From Cetorhinus maximus (taxonomy: Eukaryota): DNA of 64,000 bases. The stretch lies in the NCBI RefSeq assembly GCF_964194155.1, contig NC_135894.1:46562001-46626000 (forward strand), in the 5' to 3' direction. The translations under genes were made by a program, and so were the position numbers. Shown one piece after another: positions 13,286 to 26,100 of the stretch (position 1 is its first letter; every line of letters begins with the position of its first letter). The notes under the pieces were generated by a model. The model ran no database searches. It was not told where the DNA came from and saw only the letters and a list, made by a program, of their open reading frames with translations.

Positions 13286-14018
13286 CTATCTTCAAATACA
13301 TATGAAAATGAAATGAAACTTGGCTTAAGAAGCTGCCTCATCTCACTCTTGGCAAACACATTCAGCTTTGTGAAGAACAAAAATAACCCAGACACAGTTT
13401 TGCCAGAAGTTTGCCACCAACAGAAATCAAAATCCATTGTTTCACATTTTATTGACAAGAAGGTTTTTTTTGGAGGTGAAATAGCACTAGCTTCCAGATA
13501 TGCTAACGCACTCATATGTTCATATCATGCAGTGCAATTTTATCTCATTTGAATCATACTACCAAAAATAATACATTGTATCCTATATTTAAACAGTGGG
13601 AAAATATCTGCAGGAGAAAACGGAAATGTTTTAGATTCCACGACACATCCAGTGTAGCATATCAAACTTAAAGCAGGATTGGGTGGCATGATGCCACTTT
13701 CTATTAGAAATTCCATCCACTATACTAAAATGGGTTATTCAGCATACCACTACCCCTAGTCCACCCCAAGATGAATTTATACCCGAGAGAAAGGCAGAAG
13801 TGTTTTAAGGAAAATCATGTATTTACAGTCTTTTAAAAAAAAAGTACTCAGGAAATACTGCATGAGATAAATTAGTATGAATTATAATTCAAAATAAACA
13901 GTAATCTCGATTTTGTCATTTCAACCAAAGAAAAAATAAACACAGTTGATTTCAGGCTGGAATGTACTAGTACAAATGTAAAGTTAAGGACATTTTGAAC
14001 AGCCAGCACATGCGAATC

Positions 14019-14049
14019 TGTGGTTTCCTTTTAATCACAGCTTCCTGTT
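14019..14049 (+). promoter_or_regulatory. Candidate proximal promoter: RUNX site (TGTGGTT 14019-14025) overlapping TTTCC (NFAT/ETS core), plus ETS site (GCTTCCTGT 14040-14048)
   Basis: Motif matches 55-85 nt upstream of the exon 1 ATG in non-repetitive DNA; RUNX+ETS pairs are typical of lymphocyte promoters. Confidence 0.45.
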
Positions 14050-14101
14050 ACTGATGCTGTTTTACTTTTCAAGAACCAGGCATTTTGCTGTCAGAATAAT
14101 C

Positions 14102-14165
14102 ATGAGACAATTGTTCAGAAACATCATGATAAAAACAGTTGTCGTGTTCTTGCTGATTGTGACTG
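14102..14165 (+). CDS. Exon 1, signal peptide MRQLFRNIMIKTVVVFLLIVT(G)
   Basis: ATG with A at -3, hydrophobic core VVVFLLIV, consensus donor G|GTAAGT at 14166, phase 1 as is typical for Ig-superfamily leader exons. Alternative in-frame ATGs at 14054 and 14126. Confidence 0.75.
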
Positions 14166-17100
14166 GTAAGTCTGTCATTTTTACTGTTGAGGGATATTAT
14201 TCAAAGTGGCAAAGGACTCATTTAGTCCAAAGTGAAAAATTATTCAGTGAAACTAGTCAGAACAAAACATTTGAATTCAGGAACATCTCTTATACAGAAA
14301 CTAAGAAGATATGGTTTGCATTGCAAAGGCTTTTGTAAACATATGGGGCACCTCCAAAACACTGTCTTTGCAAACTACTTAGAAAGAGTGTTACAGTGTT
14401 GAGAAGCAGGTTTATATGGTTTCTTTAAATGGGGATTATTGTGTGTGGAGCAAGGGGTATGATTAAATGTAAATATCCCATAATAATATTAATATCATAA
14501 TCTGGGCCAAGTGGACCAACGTCTACTTGTCATGAGTACCTAAGCTCTAAGAAAAATTGTTTCAGAATTTGAAGGCTTGATTTATTTTGTAAATTTTGAT
14601 TACCCGGTAGCACAATGTGATCTGTGACTTACGCCGTAAATTACACCATTTTGTGACCCAGTCTTTCTGTTATGAATTCAATCCAAAATTTCCGGGAAAA
14701 GTAATTTGAATAAGCAGATCAATATTGGAATGACTTAAAGTAATGAATTCTGAATTTCAAATCCTTTCACGATACTGAAATTAATTGTTTGAACTATGTT
14801 GTTCTATGAACTATGAGCATTCAGTTGTTATATTCCATTTTCAGGAACATTCGAAATTACATATTTTTAATTATATATTTAGAAGATGGCATTCATCATT
14901 TAAGCTATCGAAGCAACCGGGGGTTAAATTGTACCTTCCTTCACCCATTTCTTGGGCAAGAAACAGAGGCTCAAATTTTGGCAGACTCATGTCCTGCCTC
15001 CACTCCAAGGACAGCAAAATTACATCTGATGCAATAATCAGGTATCCCTGAATGCCATTTAACAGGTATTAGTTTTTTTGAATATGCCAATGAGGGATCT
15101 AATGCCTATTTGAGGACTGCTCTTTGAAATTAGTTAGAAACTGAGTGGAGATTTTTCAGTTCCATCTCCCTCCAAACCAAGACTCATCATAAACACCTAC
15201 AGTACTACAATTCATTCTTTCTCAGAATCTCAAGATTGTGGAACTGCTTACCTTCCTCTATTTTCTCTTTCCAAGTTTACAAGCTTTGAAACCTCAAAAT
15301 TGGAGCTATCTGACTATTAAATAATATATTTTGTCTTCTCCCCAACTCTTTTAAATCTTGCTAGTATCCTGGATTACGATTCTGAGCTCATCAGCTAGAT
15401 TCCTTAATTTTAAAATATACCTAATTATCATGGTTATACATCAAACAAATGTTATGCAGTGTTAAGTGCAAATAAGCACTTGTGCATTCATATGGTCATA
15501 TATATATCTGTTTCATGTATGCATGTAGCATTTCCATTTAATGCATGTTGGGGTGTGTACTACTCTGTTTTATGTATGGTGCGTAGTCCATCACCCCCTA
15601 CTCCTCAACCCCCTCCCACTGCACCTTCCCATGCAACCGCAGAAGATGCAACATCTGCCCCTTTACTTCCCCTCTCCTCACCGTCCAAGGGCCCAAACAT
15701 TCATTTCAAGTGAAGCAGCATTTCACCTATACTTCCCTCAGCTTAGTCTATTGCATTCGTTGCTCCCAATGCGGTTTCCTCTACATTGGAGAGACCAAAC
15801 GCAGACTGGGTGACCGCTTTGCAGAACACCTTCGTTCTGTCCGCAAGCATTACCCAGACCTCCCTGTCGCTTGCCATTTCAACACTCCACCCTGATCTCA
15901 TGCCCACATGTCCGTCCTTGGCTTGCTGCAATGTTCCAGTGAAGCTCAACGCAAACTGGAGGAACGGCACCTCATCTTCCGACTCGGCATTTTACAGCCT
16001 TTCGGACTGAATATTGAGTTCAACAATTTTAGATCATGAACTCTCTCCTCCATCCCCACCCCCTTTCTGATTCTTCCCCCTCCTTTTTGTTTTTTCCAAT
16101 AATTTATTTAGATTTTTCTTTTCCCACCTATTTCCATTATTTTTAAATGTATTTCCAGCCATTGTTTTATCTCTACGTTTTAGCCTTTTTCGATTCCTTC
16201 ACCCCACCCCACCCCCACTAGGGCTATCTGTACCTTGCTTATCCTGCTTTCTACTCTTAATTAGCACATTCGTTTAGATAATATCAACACCTTCAACACC
16301 TCTTCTTTTGTCTGTGACATCTTTTGACTATCTCCACCTATCACTGGCCCTCTATCCAGCTCTCTTGTCCCAACTGCACCCACCCCCACCACCCCCCCCA
16401 CCACCCCCACCCCCTCCACCCCCCCCCCCCCCACCCAAAAAATAGCTTATATTTCACCCCTTTTCTATTTTTCCTTAGTTCTGTTGAAGAGTCATGCGGA
16501 CTCGAAATGTTAACTGTGCTCCCTTCCACAGATGCTGCCAGACCTGCTGAGTTTTTCCAGGTATTTTTGTTTTTGTTAAAGATGATACTAGGTTTGTTTT
16601 ATCCCATAATTCCATATTTTAATTGGTATTTAAACATTGCCAGTTTAAATGTATTTATAGTACAGGCGTATTTATGCCTTTTTCACATATGTATGGCTGT
16701 TTTCTGCATGCATAGATCTGTTTCATTCATACATGTAGGTCTGTACATGTTCATGCCCAAGTAATAGTCAATATTTCGGTGTAGTACTAAGAGAATGCTG
16801 TATTGTCTATATCTTTCAGATGAACTATTGAATGGAGGCCTTGTCTGAATATGCCAATATTTTGGGTGGACATTAAATATAAGAATATAATAACTGAAGG
16901 TATAGCCTCGCCTGCTGTCTATTAGGGGTAATGTGGTATTCTAGGAGGCTCTGACAAATGAGCCCTAAGCGAGGGCAATTCAAGGGGTCGGGCTTCCTCA
17001 CAAGAGTCCTGATTGAGCATGTAGCACCTTAAAAGCTCTTTGTAATAAAGTTTATCTGTTTCTTGTTGAAACCTGTCCGGTCCGCCAAGTCATTACATTT

Positions 17101-20100
17101 GGCAATGAGGATGTGATAGCTCTGATGCTGCACCTAGCCTTGTTAACATGAGTACGTCGAGTCTTAAGAAAAAGAAAAGACTACTCACCAGTTACGCCAG
17201 CCTTCGGCAGAATCGATCCTTACGATGTGACTATTGAAGACTGGAGCCAGTATGTAGAGCGCCTTGGTTTTTATTTCATAGCAAACGAAATTACCAAGAA
17301 GGAAAAGTGGAAAACCATCCTTTTGAGTGTATGTGGCAGTAAGACACACAATCTCATTCACAACCTGACAGCCCCGAGCATGCCCAACTCAAAGTCCTGT
17401 ATTGAATTAGTAGACCTCGTGAAAATGCACTTCCAGCCGAAGCCATCCGTAATAATGCAGCGTTTTAAACTTAATTGCAGAGTTAGGGCTCGGGGAGAGT
17501 CCATTGCAACCTATGTAGCGAATGTTAAGCAGTTGACAGAACACTGCAACTTTGAGGACATATTAAATGTTATGCTGCCAGACCAATTAGCTTGTGTCAT
17601 TCAGAACGATGCCATTCAGCACCGTTTACTCATCGAGGTCAACATCGCCTTTAAGCGCACCTTAGGAATCTCCCTCGCCATGGAAAGTGCTGTGAGAGAC
17701 TCGCAGGCTTTGTAAACATACAATATGGCGCTGTTCCTCATGTGGAGTGGGAACTTACCACCGGGCATGGCGTGAAAACCAGACCCACAACATCGAAGCG
17801 AGAGGCAATGTCCGTTGTTAGAAACGTGAAAGGCCGAGTAGAAACACTTCAGCAGTGACTCTAAAATTAAGTTGTTATAGATGTGGAGGTGACACAGACC
17901 AGACACCTGTAATAAATTACAGGAGGCAGAATGCCATTGCTGCCATAAGAAAGGTCACTTGGTAAGGCAATGCAGAGCAATATCAATACAGCCCATAAAG
18001 CAGCAAACCAACATGACTGAATTAAAGAATACAGCAGAACCTGAAGCTGCCGACACCGACATTTATTCCCTGTATAACGTAGCCGCTGTAAAAACTGCAC
18101 CTCTCACTGTGACAATCCAAGTTAATGAGAAGCCACTAATAATGGAGGTGGATACGGGTGCCTCAACTACAATGGTGAGAGAGCACACCTTCAAATACCT
18201 TAATGAAGGTAGACAGCCAATAAACCTGGAGCGCACAACCACTAAATTAAAGACATACACTGGAGAATCTATTCAGGTAAAGGGCATCGCCACAGTACCA
18301 GTGTCTTACAGGCAACAGACAGCCCAGCTTCCTGGGATAATAGTGAAAGGAGAAGGACCTAGTCTTCTGGCTCAACTGGTCTGAGATATTTCATCTGCAA
18401 ACAGGAGGAGTTCCTGAACTGCTAAGGAAATACAACATGGTATTTCAGGATGAATTAAGAAAGTTAACAGGCCTGCAGGCCAAGATATATGTGGATCTCA
18501 GGCAACACCACATTTCTTTAAGGCCTGACCTGTGCCTTATGCATTGAAGGAGAAGGTGGATGCAGAACTGTGCCAGTTAGAAAAGCTGGGCATCATCCAA
18601 CCTGTTCAAATCTCAGAAAGGGCAGCACCCATAGTTCCAGTGGTTAAACTTGACTAAACTATACGCATTTGTGGGCTATAAATTGACCATAAATTATGCA
18701 GCAAAACTAGATAAGTACCCCATTCCAAGGATAGATGACTTATATGCAAAGCTGGCTAGAGGCAAGTCCTACACAAAATAGGATATGAACCACGCCTACC
18801 AACAATTAGAACTGGATAAAAACAAAAAACTACTGCGGATTCTGCTGAAGGGTCGTGAGGACTCGAAACGTCAACTCTTTTCTTCTCCGCCGATGCTGCC
18901 AGACCTGCTGAGTTTTTCCAGATAATTCTGTTTTTGTATTAGAACTGGATAGCACATCAAGAGAATATGTGACTATCAACACACACGAGGATCTTTATCA
19001 TTACACTTGCCTACCATTTGGACTATCATCTGCATATGCAATCTTCCAGAGAACAATAGAGAGTCTTTTGCAAGGACTTCCCTGAGTGGTAGTATACCTA
19101 GAAGATATCCTGATCACAGGGTCCACTGAGACCGAACAGTTGGTCAACTTGGAGGAGGTGCTAAGAGGTTCATGGAAGCTGGTGTATGGTTAAAGAAGGA
19201 AAAATGCACATTTCAAGCACCAGAAGTTGCTTACCTGGATCTCAGGGTGGACGCCATGGGCTTGCATCCGGGAGATGCCAAAACATACACCAAGTCAACA
19301 CTTTTATTCAGAAATCTAACCAATTCAAAACACATCAGGTTTTTAAAAATATTAATTAGTTCTTACTATTTTAATAGATTTCCTCCCACCGTCCAACGAA
19401 GTGCTGGTTAGGTGGATTGGCTATGGTAAATTGCCCCTCAGTGAGTGTGTGTGGGTGTGTGCGTGCGCGCGTGCGCGTGAGAGTGTGTGCCCTGTGATGG
19501 ACTGGCATCCTGTCCTGGGCATACCCCGCCTAGCGCCCATTGCCCGTCAGGATAGGCTCCAACTCCCTGCCACCCTGAATTGGATAAAGCTGTTCTGGAA
19601 AAGTGAGTGAGTCTTAGAGTTCTTGAAATTTTTGCTTTTAATTTTAAAACATGAGGGCAATGAAGCTACGATACAAAATGATTGCTGTGACACAACCAGT
19701 AGAATTCAAGATTAATTCCATCTACAATCAGAGCAACTTTGCCACAAGCCAATAAGAGTTGCAATAAATTCAAATAGTGGCACACTGGGGTTCATCAGCA
19801 TCAAGTGCCATCTGTAACCATAGCAACTCACATTTGCCAACAGGCAGTGAGCTTTCTGTGGCATCAGTATCACAGACAAAGCAAATTGGTACCACACAGC
19901 TGACACAATGTAATAAGAACATGCTGGCTTTCAGTTTCTATACACATGCTGTCTATCACTAAGACAACCATAGAATCAAACACTGTACTTCTCTCCGTGA
20001 AACACAATGCTGTATACAGGGCCAAACTATAATAGTAAACGATAAGTTTATTTAAGTGTTCTCAGTAAAGCATTGTGAAGCTGAAATACATAATCTGCAG

Positions 20101-23100
20101 GTAAAATATTGCAGTGGAAACTCATCTATTTATCATGTTTATCACATTCATACAGGAGATTTATATCAAGCCTCTATTAGCAGCAAATCACATTTTTTCC
20201 CTTCAGAATTTACTAATCAGCCTTGAAGATTCCACCAGTCACCCACCTTAACTCCAGCAGAACTCAAGCAGAGTGGTCAGGCAAGTGACTGGTTCCAAAG
20301 GCTTTATTGTTCCTTCCAGGACTTCCTAATGCCTTGTAAAGGACACAACTTTGATTGACCCTTACAATGCAAATAATGGAGCAGAGGTACAGCAGTCGCT
20401 TTCTATATTTGGACCTCCCACTCCTGGACCTGGAAACAGCAATGCAGTGACTGCCAATATGCCCAGTGAGGTGAGGCATGCAGTTTCCATAAGGCATATG
20501 TGGGCATCACCAGTGCTGCCAGGCTACCAATGTGGCTTGAACTACTAATGGATTGAAAGAAAAATATTGCTGGTGTTTGAGCTAGATTAACCCCACCTGA
20601 TCAAACCACATCACCCCCACTTTTCCTCACCACCCAACCCCCTAACACCCCATGGCTGAAGTTTCAAGCAACATGGGGAAGCGAGTGCCAGAGATACACC
20701 CAAAGTGGCACTTGTGCTTGCTGCCCTTGCTAGTGAGGTACTCTCCCACTGACCATACAAATTCTAGCAGGATCAGTGCTGGAGGGCACCAGGGGCACCA
20801 CTGGCAGATATGGTTTCATGGATGCTGACCAGGCTACAATATCTAAAAGAAAAAATGCATGCGTAAGTATAGACCCTTTCATAACATTGCAAAGTACTTA
20901 GCCAGTGAAATACTTTTAAAGTGCCGACACTGTTGTAATGTGGGAATCATGACAGACAGACAGCAAGTCCCACAAACACAAATGTAATGATCAGACAATC
21001 TTTATTTATTGTGTGATGTTGATTGAGGGAACAAGATTGACCAGGAAACCAGGGGTAACTCCCCTGACCTTCTTTGAATTAGTGCCAGGGGATCTTTTAT
21101 GTTCACCTGAGAGCACTTTAACATCTATCCAAAAGATGGCACCTCCAATAGTACAACACTTCCTCACTACTTTGTTAGAATATCAGCCTAGAATTTTGTG
21201 TTCAAGTCTTTGGAATGGGACTTGAACCGATAACTTTCTGACTTAAATGTCAGCCTGCTACCAACTGGGGCACAGCTGAAATACTCAAATGACTTTTCTT
21301 TGTACTTGATGATTAGTTCGCACAAGGCACTCAACGCTCAGACGTTAAAGCCTCCACATGGCCTCACCAGATATCCATCCGGATGTGTGCAGTTTGCAGC
21401 AGGAATCACAAGGCAGTGATCAGAAGTGTTGATATTTTTCCTCCCGAACTCACGTGTGTCAAGGCCAATTGCAGTGAAAACCTCTATTGTTCCTTAGCTT
21501 TGATCAACTAATTCAACGCGCAATGGGTATTGAAATTGGGACTTTCTGCCTAAGTGATGACTCATGTTGTCACATTCATTCCTGAAATAAATACTGCATT
21601 CCACAATTTTCAATCCTATATCCTCTATATAGTCACCTACTGGATCAGTATCAGGGCTGGCTCAGTGACAGCCCCCAGCCTCTCTGGGCAGAATTTTCCA
21701 CTGATCAGGCAGGTGTGTGAGATGATGTCGGGCGAGTGTCCTGATGTCATCCCATGCTCACGCAATATTTAGGTTGGCAGGCCCGTGCAGAAGTCAGAAA
21801 CACGCCCACCGACAATTAAGAGGGCAAGTAAGCTCATTAATGGAGCGATTCACTCCGATTTCTTGTGGCCCGTCCAACCTTACGGTTGGCGGATGGGCAA
21901 ATCAGCCAAGCACCTTTACATTTTTCACGAAACCTCATCCAAGGGCGGGATGAGGTTTCTGTTATGAAATAAAATAACAAAAATCTGTGAGCAGCATTTT
22001 TATCATCTGTATTTTCCAGTGCCGGATTCTGATTTTTTCTTCCGGCTTTTTGAAACTTTATTTGGTGGTTTTCGGGTCTGCAGCTCCCTGAGGCAGCTCT
22101 TTGCCTTCAGGGAGCTTTCTCTTAGCGCTCGCCTGTGCCCATGTTGACGTCATCGCCCGCCCTCTTCCCGCCCTCCCACCCCGCAGTGCTAAACCTTTCA
22201 GCACACGTTTCATGCTGGCTGGCCGTTAATTGGCCAGCCAGCGTGAAATCACGGTCAGGGGTCAATCGCACCCGCCCACTGAGCTAAAAACTCAGGCCTC
22301 TGTTACCACTTCAAGTCCCATGACTTGAGAAGACATAATCTAGGCTGAAATTTCAGCGGGCTCTATCTTGAAGGAGGTGTTCATTGGAGCCCCATTTGTC
22401 TCTTCAGATTGATGTGAAAAAATTCAGTTATGGTTCAGACTCAGTGTTTTCAATGGGTTCAATTCCTATTCAGGAGACCTGGCTTTGCAGAACAGGTTTG
22501 ACAGGCTAAATTTTCTGTTCCAGTAGTCATTTTTCAAAGGGCAGTAAATTCTCCTGGTGTCCTAAAGCAGATTTTCATCTCATTACTCTTTGTGGGAAAT
22601 GGAGTGTGGAAATGGCTGCTGCAAATTTACCTAGGCCGGAAATTTCTTTGGAGCTACTCCCAATCCACTGTAATAGTTTATAAAATCATAGAACTATTGT
22701 TGCACATAAGGAGGCCTTAGATCCATCGAGTACATGCCGGCTCTCTGGAAAAGCAGTTTAGCTAGTCCCATTCCCCAATCCTTTCCCCATAACCCTACAT
22801 TTTTGTCCCCTTCAAGTACAATTCTCTTTTGAAAGCCACAATTGAATCTCCCTCCAACACACTCTCAGACAGTGGATTCCAGATCTAGATTACACTTGCT
22901 GTGTAAAAAGAATTCTTGAGTGCTTTTGCCAATCACTTTAAATTACTGTCCTCAGGTTGCCAATCCTTCCACCATTGGAAACAGTTCCACTCTATCGACC
23001 CTGACTTGATCCCTCATGATTTTAAACACCTCTATCAAATATTCCATCATCCTTCTCTAGGAGAATGACCCCAGCTTCTCCAATCTATCCACATGACTGA

Positions 23101-26100
23101 AGTCTCTTGCCACTGGAACCTTCTTATAATTTTATTCTGCATCTTCTCTAAAGCCTTCCAGAATTGGACAGCTACTCCAGTTTGGGCCAAACCAATATTT
23201 TAAGAAGGTTCATCATAATTTCTTTGCTGTTATTCTCTATGCACCTATTTATAAAGCCCAGGACCCCGTAACCATTTTCTCACCCTGGCCTGCCACATTC
23301 AATAATTTGCCTACATATAACCTGAGGTCTCTCTAGCATTGTACCCATTAGTTTTTATTGCCTCTCCTCTCGACTTTACCAGAATTGTATGGTAGAAACC
23401 CCTTTTAGGCAAATATACAAGTTTTCAGCAATGTTGCTACAACGGAGCAGAAGCAACTCTGAGGAAATTCACAGCCCTACCAGACAACAGTGATTATTTT
23501 TCAAGTGTACGTCTCTGGCTATGAAACACTGTATGACACCCTTCAATTCTTTCTGTTACATCAGTATTTACTGTAATTGTATCTGGGGTTATTATGATAA
23601 AGCCAATACAAAGTGAATCGATAATATCTGAATTCTCTTTCTTTTCTACCTAGGTGTCCAACCAAAGCTTACAACTAAAGGGAATGTAACCGTTGCAGAG
23701 GGCAATTCAGTTACCTTACAATGTGGCTTTTCTGATGAAGGTGGCCAGTTGGTATTAGTTGAATGGAATAAATCCAGAAACAGAAGAAAACTTGCTGTGT
23801 ACCATTCAAACAGTACACATCATTACGATCAGCGAATAACAACGGTAGTCAAAAATCAACATTCCACAATCACAATCAGAGAAGCTCTCAAATCTGACAA
23901 AGGCTGGTATTCCTGCATATTTCATACCTTTCCAAATGGAAAACAAGAGGAAAAAATGTACTTGGATGTCAAAGGTAAAGTCAGAATTTTGAAAAATTTC
24001 CTACATTTATAAACTACCTGAAAGATATGAACTATCAAAATAATAAAGCTTATAGGGTTTTTAAATGTGATGAGCAAGAAGTTGTATGACTGGTTATGTT
24101 TTAGATCAGTTAACATACATAAAAGATTTACAAAAACCCAATCTGCATAATTTGAGTTAATATTCAAATGAATTTAGCTTGCAGTCTTCTACTCCTAGCC
24201 TGCATATCCTACAAGATTGCAATTACTAACCATTAAAAGACAAAGGTACCCAGATTCTCAAATCTGTGTTTTCATTGGAGACAAAATGTTTCTCTGTGCA
24301 TATATGTGGTGTAATACTGAAAATAGAAGAGGATTGATTTTTTCTTGTGTGTTGGAGATGGGGGTTTCCAAATATAAAGAAACTCAGTTAGTCAAGTTTG
24401 ATATTCATATTTATATATTCGGGTCATTGCGGGAGTCTAGCAGTCTAGCAAGTAAAAACAAAGCCTGAAGCCATGATGTCTCTCAGAAAGAAGAGGATGC
24501 ATACCACTATGCTGCCTTTTGCCTGGGAGACAAGAATAAGGGGGCAGATTCTAGGAGAAGGTCCTACACAGGAGGCCATTCCCATAGCAGGTCTTCATGA
24601 AGCAATTTTCATACCTCAACTTCACCAAGGAACAATGTGAGAAGTGCATTCACTTCACCCAGGAGGCTGTCACTGAGCTATGTCACCTGCTGCGCAGTCA
24701 CAACTAGAAATCTAACCCAGGGTGTAAGCGGCATTGCTTTTGGCTGTCACCACAGCCCTTAATCTTTGTACCACTGGTCTGTTCCAGGCTCCAGCAGGTA
24801 GCAACCACAACAACTAGTTTTTATATAGCACCTTCAAAATAGGTTCAAAATAACCTAAAAAAGTCCCAAGTCCCTGCACAGGGCCACTATGAAACTAAAT
24901 ACGAAACAAATCTACTAAAGGGACGTTAGGGTAAATAACCAGAAGTTTGTTCAAAGAGGTGGATGTTAAGGAGTTTCTTAAAAGAGGAGAGAGGTGGAGA
25001 GGAGGGAAAGTTAAGGGAGGGAGTTCCAAAGCTTAGGGCCAAGACCGCTGAATGCACAGTGTTTGGTGGAGCAATTAAAATCAAGGATATTCAAGAGGCC
25101 AGGATTAGATGAGTGTATCTCAGAGGGTTGTGGGGCTGGAGATTACAGAGATAGGGAGGGGCAAGACCATGGAGTATTTGGAAAACCAGGATGAGAATCT
25201 TAAAATTGAGTTTGAAAATTGCTTGGCCAGCAGCCAGTTAGTTCACCGAGCACAGGGGTGGTGGGTGAACAGATTTTTGTGTAAGTTAGAACATCGGTAA
25301 CAAAGTTTGGGATGACCTCAGGTTTATGGAGGGTAGTATATGGGAGACCAGCCAGGAGTGCATTAAAATAGCTAAGTCTAGGCATAACAAAGGCATGGAC
25401 GAGGGTTTCAGTAGCAAATGAGCAGAGCAGGGCAATGTTACAGAGATAGAAATAAGCTGTCTTAGTGATGGCATGCATATGTGTTAGGAAGGTCATCTAG
25501 GTGTCAAAATGACAGCAGGGTGTGAGCAATCTGGTTCAGCCACATGCAGTTGCCAAGGAGAGGAATGGTGTTGGTGATGAGGGAGCAGAATTTGTGATGG
25601 GGACCAAAGCCATTGGCTTCAGTTTTCCCAATATTTAATCAGAGGAAAATTCTGTTCATCCAGTTATGGATGCTGAACAAGCAGTGTATTTGGAGTATGC
25701 CAAGGTTGAGAGAGGCAATGGTGAAGTAGAGCTCAGTATCATCCACACACATGTGGAAACAGACATGTTTTTGGATGAGTGAGGTCTCACCCAGCTGAAT
25801 GATGGTGGAGACACGTTGGAGGAGCATGGTGTAATCAACCATGTCATAGGGTACTGACAGGTTGAGAAGGAAGATGAGGGACAGTTTAACTTTTGGTACT
25901 GTGGCAGGGCCAGCAAACTGATTAGAGATATTCTGAGTTGGCTGGACACTGATTTGGGAGGTGACAACACATTCAAGGACTTTAGAGAGAAAGGGATGTT
26001 GGAGCTGAGGCAGGGAGAGAACATGAGGAAAGAAAACAGTTAACAAAATTGGCTAACGTGGGAACCAGGAGGGGAAGTTTGGTTGGCAGTAGTTTAGTGG

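Noticed and set aside
23654-24020. IgV exon as a rearranging Ig/TCR/IgNAR V segment
   Set aside because: The exon already encodes the G strand and ends in a splice donor; no CACAGTG heptamer/nonamer follows.
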